Shown here: positions 1 to 8,390 of the stretch, one piece after another | Position numbering within the stretch: position 1 is the stretch's first letter | Layout: every line of letters begins with the position of its first letter | From: Alphaproteobacteria bacterium | Lineage (GTDB): Bacteria > Pseudomonadota > Alphaproteobacteria > GCA-2731375 | DNA length: 64,000 bases | Direction: 5' to 3' | Assembly: GCA_965232515.1 (NCBI GenBank) | Contig: CBDDPY010000002.1 | Coordinates: 7,200,001-7,264,000, forward strand | Position numbers and translations under genes: made by a program | Notes under the pieces: generated by a model | Databases searched by the model: none | Seen by the model: only the letters and a program-made list of their open reading frames with translations | What the model was told of the DNA's origin: nothing

Positions 1-714
1 GAACAGCACGAAGACGCCGCCGACCAGCAACATGCGGCCGCGGCTGCGGGCGTGCACCATCAGGCTGAGCAGAAACAGCAGCACGAAGAAGGCGCAAGGG
101 TTGAAGGCGTCCAGGCCGGCCAGCAGAACGGTTAGAACCGGCAACGACAAGTCGGCCGGATCGATATCGGGAAAGAACGGCAACGACAGGTCCACAGCCG
201 GCGCGGCCGGCAGCGCGCCCTCGGCGGCAATCCGCTGCCGACAGTCGAGCAAGTGCTGCCGCAGACGTTCGCCTGTTGTCGCGGCACTGCTGAAGCCGAT
301 GAAGCCCTGGCCGCAGAAGAAGAAGGCGGGCACGCCGACGCTGTCGAGATCGACCGTGTGCAGGAACCGCTCGAACAGGCGCGCGTTTTCGGGACTGCGC
401 GTGATCTCCAGCACTTCGGCCCGCAGCCAGTCATTCTCCTGGTCCAGCCGATGAATGAACGGCAGCGCGCGTCTGCAATAGGTGCAGTTCACGGCGTGAA
501 ACATGTAAAGCACGATGCGGCGATCGTCGGATTCCGCATCCTCGACCCAGACGATGCGGTCTTCCGCCAACATTTGTGTCGTCGCGCGAGTTGCGCCGGG
601 ACAAAGCGACAGGATCGTTGCAACGGCGATGGCCGTGACCAGTTGCCATGCCGTGAACCGGTGATGTTGGGGCGGAACAACGCCGTCATTCGGTGCTGGC
701 CTGCTGTTCGACAT
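1..714 (-). CDS. Thioredoxin/glutaredoxin-domain membrane protein, 3' end runs off the window
   Basis: Absent from the ORF track because there is no stop in the window. Hand translation from ATG 714 gives a hydrophobic leader, LYMFHAVNCTYC (CxxC), GVPAFFFCG, then a membrane segment LAGLDAFNPCAFFVLLFLLSL. Confidence 0.8.
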   Translation of the reverse strand, partial: MSNSRPAPNDGVVPPQHHRFTAWQLVTAIAVATILSLCPGATRATTQMLAEDRIVWVEDAESDDRRIVLYMFHAVNCTYCRRALPFIHRLDQENDWLRAEVLEITRSPENARLFERFLHTVDLDSVGVPAFFFCGQGFIGFSSAATTGERLRQHLLDCRQRIAAEGALPAAPAVDLSLPFFPDIDPADLSLPVLTVLLAGLDAFNPCAFFVLLFLLSLMVHARSRGRMLLVGGVFVLF

Positions 715-790
715 GGGTGAACCTATGCGGACGCTACCGGCTGGCTTTTTACGAGGATGCTGACCGTCGCCGCTGGATCGCGAAGCGGCA

Positions 791-804
791 TTGACAGGGG
801 TCAA
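791..804. promoter_or_regulatory. FNR/FixK/NarR-type box TTGAC-AGGG-GTCAA
   Basis: Perfect 5-4-5 palindrome between two divergent genes; matches TTGA(T/C)-N4-(A/G)TCAA. Confidence 0.65.
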
Positions 805-843
805 CCTCCCAGCCCCGGAGCCTGTGCGAGAACAAAGCGCCGG

Positions 844-1758
844 ATGGGTGGCGAAACGCAGCAAAGCTCAGTGTCCGATTTCGTAACAACGCCCGATATC
901 GTACGGCGGCACGTACATGTGCTGGCGGCGGAGATCGGCGAGCGCAATGTCTGGCGCCCGACAGCGCTGACTGCCGCCGCGGACTACATTGAAACAACCT
1001 GGCGGGATCAGGGCTATCAGGTTCAGCGCCAGCGCTACGACGTCGAAGGCGTCACATGCGCCAACCTGTTCGTCGAGCGTGTCGGCCGCCGTCGTCCTGA
1101 CGCCATGCTGGTGGTCGGCGCGCACTACGACACCGTGTCGGGCAGTCCCGGCGCCGACGACAACGCCAGCGGCGTTGCCGCGCTGCTGGAGATCGCGCGC
1201 GGCTTCGCAGATCTGACGCCGGCGCTGACGGTGCGGTTCGTCGCGTTCGTGAACGAGGAGCCGCCGTTCTTCATGACGCGGCGACAGGGCAGCATGGTCT
1301 ATGCCGCCCGTGCCCGCGACGGCGGCGAGGATATCCGTCTGATGGTGTCGCTGGAGATGCTGGGCTATTTCAGCGACGATCTCGGCAGCCAGAAGTATCC
1401 CCCGTTTTTCCGCTGGTTCTACCCGAACCGCGGCAACTTCCTGGGCTTCGTCAGCAATTTTCGCTCCCGCGCAGCCATGCGCCGGGCGGCACGGATCTTC
1501 CAGCGGGAGTCGGATCTGCCGCTTGAGCACCTGGCGACCCTGGCCCTGATACCGGGCGTCAGCTGGAGCGACCATCGCTCGTTTTGGCGGCACGGTTATC
1601 CGGCTTTCATGGCCACCGACACGGCGTTCTATCGCAATCCCGACTATCACACGTCCCGGGACACGCCCGACAAGTTGTCCTATGTCGAGCTGGCGCGGGC
1701 GACGGACGGCCTGTTTCGCACGTTCGCCGTGCTTGCCGACGAATTGCGCGCGGACTAA
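844..1758 (+). CDS. M28 family metallopeptidase
   Basis: Motifs GAHYD, GADDNASG, VNEE, SLEM, WSDH and DYH. Start uncertain (757, 844 or GTG 871); 844 lies downstream of the FNR-type box. Confidence 0.85.
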   Translation: MGGETQQSSVSDFVTTPDIVRRHVHVLAAEIGERNVWRPTALTAAADYIETTWRDQGYQVQRQRYDVEGVTCANLFVERVGRRRPDAMLVVGAHYDTVSGSPGADDNASGVAALLEIARGFADLTPALTVRFVAFVNEEPPFFMTRRQGSMVYAARARDGGEDIRLMVSLEMLGYFSDDLGSQKYPPFFRWFYPNRGNFLGFVSNFRSRAAMRRAARIFQRESDLPLEHLATLALIPGVSWSDHRSFWRHGYPAFMATDTAFYRNPDYHTSRDTPDKLSYVELARATDGLFRTFAVLADELRAD

Positions 1759-1779
1759 CGCCGCAGTCGTTTCAAGCCG

Positions 1780-2457
1780 TCAGCACGTTTCGGTATCGGT
1801 CGTCGTCTGAAGCGGCGCCTGCTTCAGGAGCGCGATGACCTCGTCGTCGTCGGTTTGCGTGAAGTCGGCATAGTGGCGGCCGATCGCATGGAACGGCGCG
1901 GGCGTCGCCAAGCAGACGATGTCATCGACCTCGGCGCGCAGACGGTCCAGCGTATCGCGCGGCGCGACGGCGGTCGCGAGCACCAGCCGCGCCGGCTTAC
2001 GCCGCCGAATGGCGCGCAGGGCGGCGCGAACGGTGGCGCCGGTGGCGATGCCATCATCGACCACGATGGCCACATGGCCCGTGATGTCGGCGCGCGGCCG
2101 GTCGCCGAGATAGAGCTGCCGGCGACGGTCGATCTCGCGGGACTGCCGTGTCGCTTCGTCTTGCAGATAGTCTTCGGTTACGTGCAGGCTGGCGGCGATC
2201 ACCTCGTTGACCACGGTTTCGGGCTCATCGCCGTCAACCACGGCGGCAACCGCCAGCTCGGGCTGGTTCGGCGCGCCGATTTTTCGCACCAAGGCGAGGT
2301 CGAACGGGGCGTCTAGAGATTTCGCGATTTCGAATCCAACGGGAACGCCGCCGCGGGGCAGCGCGAGCACGACCGGCCTTTGGTCCCTGAAACGAGCGAG
2401 GCGTTCGGCCAGTCGGCGGCCAGCGTCACGACGATCCGCGAACAGCGAAGAAACCAT
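1780..2457 (-). CDS. Type I phosphoribosyltransferase-family protein
   Basis: FADRRDAGRRLA, LALPRGGVPV, RKIGAP and the PRPP loop VVDDGIATGAT. Start trimmed to ATG 2457. Confidence 0.9.
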   Translation of the reverse strand: MVSSLFADRRDAGRRLAERLARFRDQRPVVLALPRGGVPVGFEIAKSLDAPFDLALVRKIGAPNQPELAVAAVVDGDEPETVVNEVIAASLHVTEDYLQDEATRQSREIDRRRQLYLGDRPRADITGHVAIVVDDGIATGATVRAALRAIRRRKPARLVLATAVAPRDTLDRLRAEVDDIVCLATPAPFHAIGRHYADFTQTDDDEVIALLKQAPLQTTTDTETC

Positions 2458-2465
2458 GCCGCTGC

Positions 2466-3137
2466 TCACTGACGAAAATGGTTGTGGAACCAGCGGCACG
2501 TCAAATGGATGACGGTGTCGAGCGCGCCGGGTTCCTCGAACAGGTGCGTGGCGCCCGGAACGATGCGCAGCTCTTTCTCGCAATTCAGTCGCGCAAAGGC
2601 GTCGCGGTTGCGATCGAGCACGGCCTCGTCCCACTCGCCGACGATCAGCAGCGTCGGTGCGGTGACGTCCGACAGCGCATCGATAGCCATGGCTGGCCGA
2701 CCGCTGCGGGAGACCACGGCGCGGATGTCGTGCTTGCCGAGCGTAGCGGCGGTAAGCGCCGCGGCGGCACCGGTGCCGGCGCCGAAGTAGCCAAGACGAA
2801 GCCCACTTGTGCGCTGGTATTCGGCGGCCCAGTTAGAGGCGGACAACAGGCGTTGAGCGAGCAGCGGGATGTCGGACAGGTTGGCGCGGATTTCGGTTTC
2901 TGACACGGACAGGAGGTCGAGCAGCAGCGTTGCCATTCCCGCGCGCTGCAATCCTCTTGCGACATAGGTGTTGCGCGGGCTCAAGCGGTTGCTGCCGCTG
3001 CCGTGCGCGAACACGATGACGGTATCAGCGTCGTCGGGCACGGTGAGGATCCCCGGGAGCCCGTGCGGCGGGATCTGTACGGGCTTGTCGGTCGCTTTCC
3101 GGCGAACGGACTCCGGGATGTCAGCGTCCAGGCTCAT
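2466..3137 (-). CDS. Dienelactone-hydrolase-like alpha/beta hydrolase with an atypical nucleophile elbow
   Basis: FAHGSGS, GYFGAGTGAAAAL, LLIVGEWD and GATHLFEEPG. Alternative start at 3182. Confidence 0.85.
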   Translation of the reverse strand: MSLDADIPESVRRKATDKPVQIPPHGLPGILTVPDDADTVIVFAHGSGSNRLSPRNTYVARGLQRAGMATLLLDLLSVSETEIRANLSDIPLLAQRLLSASNWAAEYQRTSGLRLGYFGAGTGAAAALTAATLGKHDIRAVVSRSGRPAMAIDALSDVTAPTLLIVGEWDEAVLDRNRDAFARLNCEKELRIVPGATHLFEEPGALDTVIHLTCRWFHNHFRQ

Positions 3138-3226
3138 GGCGTCGTCCCCAAATTGTACGATGTCGCGCGCGTTGATCGGCATTCAATTTTGATGCCCATA
3201 CTGGCGATGGGCATGCCAGTGCGTCA

Positions 3227-3240
3227 TTGACCCAGATCAC
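3227..3240. promoter_or_regulatory. FNR-type box TTGAC-CCAG-ATCAC
   Basis: Near-consensus box upstream of the minus-strand hydrolase/PRTase pair. Confidence 0.5.
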
Positions 3241-3316
3241 GGGCGATTGCTCCGGCGTGTCGCTGGATTCGCGTGCGGGTTGTTTTCCGCTTACGGCTCT
3301 CCGGAAGGGAAGGCTC

Positions 3317-3330
3317 TTGACTTCGGTTAA
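3317..3330. promoter_or_regulatory. NNR/FNR-type box TTGAC-TTCG-GTTAA
   Basis: Reverse complement reads TTAAC-N4-GTCAA, the NNR-type variant; about 40 bp upstream of nnrS. Confidence 0.6.
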
Positions 3331-3367
3331 GGGACTTCCGGGGCGGTTCTGATCTGGTGCTGACACG

Positions 3368-4564
3368 ATGGTGACGGCGACGCGGGCCCGACGCAGCACT
3401 CGCGGCATGACGCTTTTTGCCCTTGGCTTCCGGCCCTTCTTTCTCGGCGCTGGCCTTTGGGCGGCGTTGGGCGTGCCTGCCTGGCTTTGGATGTTGAGTG
3501 CCGGACACGATCCGGGCGGCCCGCTGGCGCCGCTCGCTTGGCATGTCCACGAAATGATCTTCGGCTATACCAGCGCCGTAATCGCCGGTTTCGCGCTGAC
3601 GGCGATCCCGAACTGGACCGGCCGGCTACCTGTCGCGGGTCCGCCGTTGGCGGCGCTGTTCGGCCTTTGGCTTGCCGGCCGCGCCGCGCTGGCCGCGCCG
3701 TGGCTTGGCCATCCGTTCGCCGCCGCCGTCGACGCGGCGTTTCTGTTCGTGCTGGCCGGTGTCGCCTGGCGCGAAATCGCCGCCGGCGGCAACTGGCGGA
3801 ACCTGCCGGTCTGCCTGCTGATCACGCTGATCGCCGTCGCCAATGCCGGTTTTCACGCTGGGGTCGCAGCGGGATGGGACGACGGCGTGGCGGTCAGAGC
3901 GGCGCTGGCGACGATCGTCATGCTGATCGGCCTGATCGGCGGCCGTATCACGCCGAGCTTCACACGGAACTGGATGGCGAAGCGGCAGCCAAGCCGCCTG
4001 CCGGCGCCGGTCAGCCGTTTCGATGGCCTTTGTCTGGCGGCGTTGGGCGCCGGGCTCGTGGCCTGGATCGTCGCGCCGGCGGCGATCTCCGTCGGCATCG
4101 GTCTCTTGGCCATCGGCATCCTGCACATTCTGCGCCTGGCGCGTTGGCGAGGCTGGGCGACCGCGGCAGAGCCCTTGGTGCTGGTGCTCCATGTCGGCTA
4201 TCTCTGGCTGCCGGCGTCGATGATCCTTCTGGGGCTATCGGCGTTGCCGGGCACCGGAATCGATGCATCTTCGGCCCTGCATGCCGTCACGGCGGGCCTG
4301 ATCGGGACGATGACGCTGGCGGTGATGACGCGTGCCACCCTCGGCCATTCCGGCCGGGCGCTGACCGCCGGGCCCGCGACCGTCTCCATCTACGGTCTGG
4401 TGACCGGTGGCGCGATCCTGCGCGTGGCCGCGTCCTATCTGCCGGTCGACTATCTGACGACGGTCGGGTTCGCGGGCGCCCTTTGGAGTGTGGGCTTCGC
4501 CCTGTTCGTCATCGTTTACGGACCGATGCTGCTGTTTCGCCGCCCGGCGCGGTCCGCGGCCTAG
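3368..4564 (+). CDS. nnrS: NnrS family NO-response membrane protein
   Basis: GFRPFFL, WHVHEMIFGY, LTAIPNWTG, GGRITPSFTRNW and MTRATLGHSGR in a polytopic hydrophobic protein. Start at 3368 or 3407. Confidence 0.95.
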   Translation: MVTATRARRSTRGMTLFALGFRPFFLGAGLWAALGVPAWLWMLSAGHDPGGPLAPLAWHVHEMIFGYTSAVIAGFALTAIPNWTGRLPVAGPPLAALFGLWLAGRAALAAPWLGHPFAAAVDAAFLFVLAGVAWREIAAGGNWRNLPVCLLITLIAVANAGFHAGVAAGWDDGVAVRAALATIVMLIGLIGGRITPSFTRNWMAKRQPSRLPAPVSRFDGLCLAALGAGLVAWIVAPAAISVGIGLLAIGILHILRLARWRGWATAAEPLVLVLHVGYLWLPASMILLGLSALPGTGIDASSALHAVTAGLIGTMTLAVMTRATLGHSGRALTAGPATVSIYGLVTGGAILRVAASYLPVDYLTTVGFAGALWSVGFALFVIVYGPMLLFRRPARSAA

Positions 4565-4580
4565 CGTCAAGCGGCCGGCG

Positions 4581-5279
4581 TCAGATTGCGGGATCGTCGA
4601 TGAGGGGATTGGGCTTCGCCAGAACTTCGAGGTCGGTCAGGTTCGATAACTCGATCTCGGCGCCGTTCACGACCACGCCGTAGGGCCTCAGCGTGCCGAA
4701 GGCGCGGGACAGATTCTCCGGAGTCATGCCCAGGCGGCCGGCCAGCGTCCGCTTGTCGGTCTCCAGGGTCAGGCGGCCGCCGCTGCCCTGGTTTGCGTGC
4801 AGACGAATCAGGTAGTTCGCCAGACGCTCGGCGCCCGAGCGCAGCTTCAGGTCCTTCTGCGCCTTGACGACCGCTCGATAACAGGACGCGAGCTCGAGAA
4901 TGATCGCGCGGTCGAAGTCCGCGTCGCGCTCCATCACGCCCCGGATGTCCTCGGCGGGAATCAGCAGGATGCGCGATTTCTCCAGCGTCCGCGCCGACAT
5001 CAGATAGGGGGCGTCCTTCAGGACGGCGGCCAGGATGAAGGTCGACACCGGCTTGACGACAGCCATCGTCGTCTCGCGGCCATTCGATTGAGCGAACAGC
5101 TCGACGATGCCTTCGACGACGACATGCAGGAAATCCGCCGTTTCGCCCTCGGTGATCAGCTGCACCTGCGGCGGGAAGGTCTGCAGGTAGGCGACGCGCA
5201 TCAGGTCGGCGAAATTCGCCGCGTCCATGCCGGCAAACAACGGCAGGGTCCTGACGTCCTGCTGGTCCTCCTGGCGCAT
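4581..5279 (-). CDS. narR: Crp/Fnr family transcriptional regulator, NarR-like
   Basis: cNMP-binding fold plus HTH LGMTPENLSRAF (ExxSR). No FNR cysteine cluster. Divergent from narK-narGHJI. Start ATG 5279. Confidence 0.85.
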   Translation of the reverse strand: MRQEDQQDVRTLPLFAGMDAANFADLMRVAYLQTFPPQVQLITEGETADFLHVVVEGIVELFAQSNGRETTMAVVKPVSTFILAAVLKDAPYLMSARTLEKSRILLIPAEDIRGVMERDADFDRAIILELASCYRAVVKAQKDLKLRSGAERLANYLIRLHANQGSGGRLTLETDKRTLAGRLGMTPENLSRAFGTLRPYGVVVNGAEIELSNLTDLEVLAKPNPLIDDPAI

Positions 5280-5320
5280 CGCCGATCCTTGTCCCGACTC
5301 GACGGCATTTGAACCCGCGG

Positions 5321-5336
5321 CTTGATAATTATCAAG
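5321..5336. promoter_or_regulatory. Consensus FNR box CTTGAT-AATT-ATCAAG
   Basis: Perfect 16-bp palindrome containing TTGAT-N4-ATCAA, 42 bp from the narR start. Confidence 0.85.
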
Positions 5337-5435
5337 TCGAGATGGGCAAACCGTTGCGCGGCGTGCTGCGGCAGTCAAGCGGCCCCGGCAAGTGCTTGGG
5401 ATCGCGGTTTATTTCGCGCGTTCCCGCGGCGGGAA

Positions 5436-5449
5436 TTGACTTCAGTCAA
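5436..5449. promoter_or_regulatory. NarR/FNR-type box TTGAC-TTCA-GTCAA
   Basis: Perfect 5-4-5 palindrome about 85 bp upstream of the narK1 ATG. Confidence 0.75.
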
Positions 5450-5534
5450 GCGAATCCGTGCGTTCGGCCCCAATGCTCTCGGTCGAGATACGCGGTTTTC
5501 GACAAGCCGCCAGCTGCGAACGGGGGTGGGAGAT

Positions 5535-6935
5535 ATGCAACACCTGCACGAGGTCACGCGGGCGCAACAGAACAAAGTGCTCGGCATGAGCACGCTGGCC
5601 TTCACGGTCTGCTTCGCCGTCTGGACGATCTTCTCGATCATCGGCGTGCGCATCAAACAGGATCTGGGCCTGAGCGACACGGAGTTCGGGCTGCTGGTGG
5701 GAACGCCGATCCTGACGGGGTCGCTCAGCCGCATCTTCCTCGGCATCTGGACCGACCAGTATGGCGGGCGCATCGTCTATTTCCTGACCATGGTGCTGGC
5801 GGCGGCGGCCACGTTCCTGCTGTCCTACGCCACGACCTACGAGATGATGCTGGTCGCGGCGCTTGGCGTCGGCCTGGCGGGCGGCTCGTTCGCGGTCGGC
5901 ATCGCCTACGTTTCGAAGTGGTATCCGAAGGAGAAGCAGGGCACCGCGCTCGGCATCTTCGGCGCCGGCAACGTCGGCGCGGCGGTGACCAAGTTCACCG
6001 CGCCGTTCGTGCTGGTCGCCTTCGGCTGGCAGATGGTGGCCCAGGTCTGGGCCGTTGGGCTGGTGATCATGGCCGTCGTCTTCTGGTTCACCACCGAGGA
6101 CGATCCGGAGCTCGCCTCGCGCAAGCAGCGCGGCGAGCGGGCCCGCGGCGCCTTCCTGCAGATCGAGCCATTGAAGTACCAGCAGGTCTGGCGGTTCGCG
6201 ATCTACTACTTCTTCGTCTTCGGCGCCTTCGTCGCGCTGGCGCTGTGGCTGCCGCGGTATCTGGTCGGCGTCTACGATCTCGACATCAAGACGGCCGGCG
6301 TGCTGGCGGCGTTCTATTCGGTGCCGGCCTCGATCTTCCGCGCCTATGGCGGTTATCTCTCCGACAAGTACGGCGCCCGGACGATCATGTATTGGACCTT
6401 CGGGGTCTCGGCGCTGTGCTGCTTCCTGCTTTCCTATCCGGACACGCAGTATGTCGTGAAAGGTATCTCGGGGCCGATCAGCTTCGAGATCGGCATGGGC
6501 CTGATACCGTTCGTGGCGCTGGTCTTCATCCTCGGCTTCTTCATGAGCCTGGGCAAGGCCGCGGTCTACAAGCACATCCCGGTCTACTACCCCGATCACG
6601 TCGGCTCGGTCGGCGGTCTGGTCGGCATGATCGGCGGCCTGGGCGGCTTCGTCCTGCCGATCGCCTTCGGCGCCATGAACGACCTGACCGGCGTCTGGAC
6701 CAGTTGCTTCATGCTGCTGTTCCTGCTGGTCGCCGTGGCCGTGGTCTGGATGCACTTCGCCATCCTGCGCATGGAGAAGCGCGCCGCCGCCGAGCAACTG
6801 GCGAGCCTGCCGCAACTGCCCGAACTGGCGCATGTGCACGGGCCCGAGCACGAGGGCGCGCTCGGTCCGGGCGGCGGCCAAGCGGAAGCGACGGACCGCG
6901 CCATGCAATCCGGCGAAATGAAGCCGGCGCAATAA
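5535..6935 (+). CDS. narK1: Nitrate/nitrite MFS transporter, NarK1 type
   Basis: AFTVCFAVWTIFS, GTALGIFGAGNVG and GGLVGMIGGLGGF. RBS GGGAG before ATG 5535. Confidence 0.92.
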   Translation: MQHLHEVTRAQQNKVLGMSTLAFTVCFAVWTIFSIIGVRIKQDLGLSDTEFGLLVGTPILTGSLSRIFLGIWTDQYGGRIVYFLTMVLAAAATFLLSYATTYEMMLVAALGVGLAGGSFAVGIAYVSKWYPKEKQGTALGIFGAGNVGAAVTKFTAPFVLVAFGWQMVAQVWAVGLVIMAVVFWFTTEDDPELASRKQRGERARGAFLQIEPLKYQQVWRFAIYYFFVFGAFVALALWLPRYLVGVYDLDIKTAGVLAAFYSVPASIFRAYGGYLSDKYGARTIMYWTFGVSALCCFLLSYPDTQYVVKGISGPISFEIGMGLIPFVALVFILGFFMSLGKAAVYKHIPVYYPDHVGSVGGLVGMIGGLGGFVLPIAFGAMNDLTGVWTSCFMLLFLLVAVAVVWMHFAILRMEKRAAAEQLASLPQLPELAHVHGPEHEGALGPGGGQAEATDRAMQSGEMKPAQ

Positions 6936-6972
6936 CAGCCACCGGGGCGCCATGCCCGCAGGAGAAAGCGAA

Positions 6973-8367
6973 ATGGCAAGCATCGACGAAACCACGTTCC
7001 GCAAGGGACACACGCTGATCGAATGGCAACCCGACGACCCCGGCTTCTGGCAGGCGAACGGCCGCAGGATCGCGTCCAAGAACTTGTGGATCTCGATCCC
7101 CTGCCTGCTGCTGGCCTTCTCAGTCTGGCTGGTCTGGAGCGTGGTCGTCGCCAAGCTGCCGGCGATCGGTTTCGACTACACGACCGAGCAATTGTTCCTG
7201 CTGGCGGCGCTGCCGGGCCTGTCGGGCGCAACGCTCAGGATCTTCTATTCCTTCATGGTGCCGATCTTCGGCGGGCGCCTGTGGACCAGTTTGTCGACGG
7301 CCTCGCTGCTGGTGCCGGCTGTCGGCATCGGCTTCGCCGTGCAGAACCCTGACACGCCCTACGTGCTGTTCCTCGCTCTGGCGCTGCTTTGCGGATTCGG
7401 CGGCGGCAATTTCGCCTCGTCCATGGCCAACATCAGCTTCTTCTACCCCAAAACCGAGAAGGGCCACGCGCTGGCGCTCAACGCCGGGCTCGGCAACGCC
7501 GGCGTCAGCGTGATGCAATTCGTCGTGCCGCTCGTCATCACGGCGGGCGTGTTCGGCGCCATCGGCGGCGAGCCGCAGGTGACCGGCGCGGGCGATCGGC
7601 TGTGGCTGCAGAATGCGGGCTTCATCTGGGTGCCGTTTCTCATCGTCACGTCGCTCGCCGCCTGGTTCGGCATGGACGACATCGCCAGCGCCAAGGCCTC
7701 GTTCAAGGAACAGTCGATCATTTTCAAGCGGGCGCACAACTGGATCATGTGCGTGCTCTACACCGGGACTTTCGGCTCGTTCATCGGCTATTCGGCGGGC
7801 TTCCCCCTGCTGGCGAAGACCCAGTTTCCCGACGTTAACTCACTGCAGTTCGTCTTCCTCGGACCGCTCGTCGGCGCGCTCAGCCGTGCCGCCACAGGCT
7901 GGGTGTCGGACAAGTATGGCGGCGGCCGGGTCACCTTCTGGGTCTTCCTGCTGATGATCGCCGCGGTCGGCGGGGTGCTGTTCTTCCTCGGCATCAAGGA
8001 TACGCCGGGCGCCTTCTGGGGCTTCTTCGCCATGTTCATGCTGTTGTTCTTCTGCACGGGCGTCGGCAATGCGTCCACGTTCCAGATGATCCCCACGATC
8101 ATGCGGCAGGAGGTCAAGCGCCTGATGCCGGAACTGGACGAAAGCGAATTCCTGCGCCAGGCCGAGCGCGAGTCGGCCGCCATCATCGCCTTTACCTCGG
8201 CGATCGCGGCCTATGGCGCCTTCTTCATCCCCGAAGCCTACGGCACCTCGATCGAGCTGTCGGGCGGGCCGGAGTTGGCGCTCTATGCCTTCATGGCGTT
8301 TTACGGACTGTGCGTCGTCACGACCTGGTTTTTCTACACCCGGGCCAAGGCCCCGGTGCCGTGCTGA
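6973..8367 (+). CDS. narK2: Nitrate/nitrite MFS transporter, NarK2 type
   Basis: WQPDDPGFW, NLWISIPCLLLAF, GGGNFASSM and GVGNASTFQMIP. RBS AGGAG before ATG 6973. Confidence 0.92.
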   Translation: MASIDETTFRKGHTLIEWQPDDPGFWQANGRRIASKNLWISIPCLLLAFSVWLVWSVVVAKLPAIGFDYTTEQLFLLAALPGLSGATLRIFYSFMVPIFGGRLWTSLSTASLLVPAVGIGFAVQNPDTPYVLFLALALLCGFGGGNFASSMANISFFYPKTEKGHALALNAGLGNAGVSVMQFVVPLVITAGVFGAIGGEPQVTGAGDRLWLQNAGFIWVPFLIVTSLAAWFGMDDIASAKASFKEQSIIFKRAHNWIMCVLYTGTFGSFIGYSAGFPLLAKTQFPDVNSLQFVFLGPLVGALSRAATGWVSDKYGGGRVTFWVFLLMIAAVGGVLFFLGIKDTPGAFWGFFAMFMLLFFCTGVGNASTFQMIPTIMRQEVKRLMPELDESEFLRQAERESAAIIAFTSAIAAYGAFFIPEAYGTSIELSGGPELALYAFMAFYGLCVVTTWFFYTRAKAPVPC

Positions 8368-8390
8368 CGCTGGGCTAAAGGAATATCGAT

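Noticed and set aside
3192-3220. Overlapping alternative hairpins ATGCCCAT/ATGGGCAT and ACTGGC/GCCAGT
   Set aside because: Short stems that can arise by chance; no riboswitch or attenuator features recognised.
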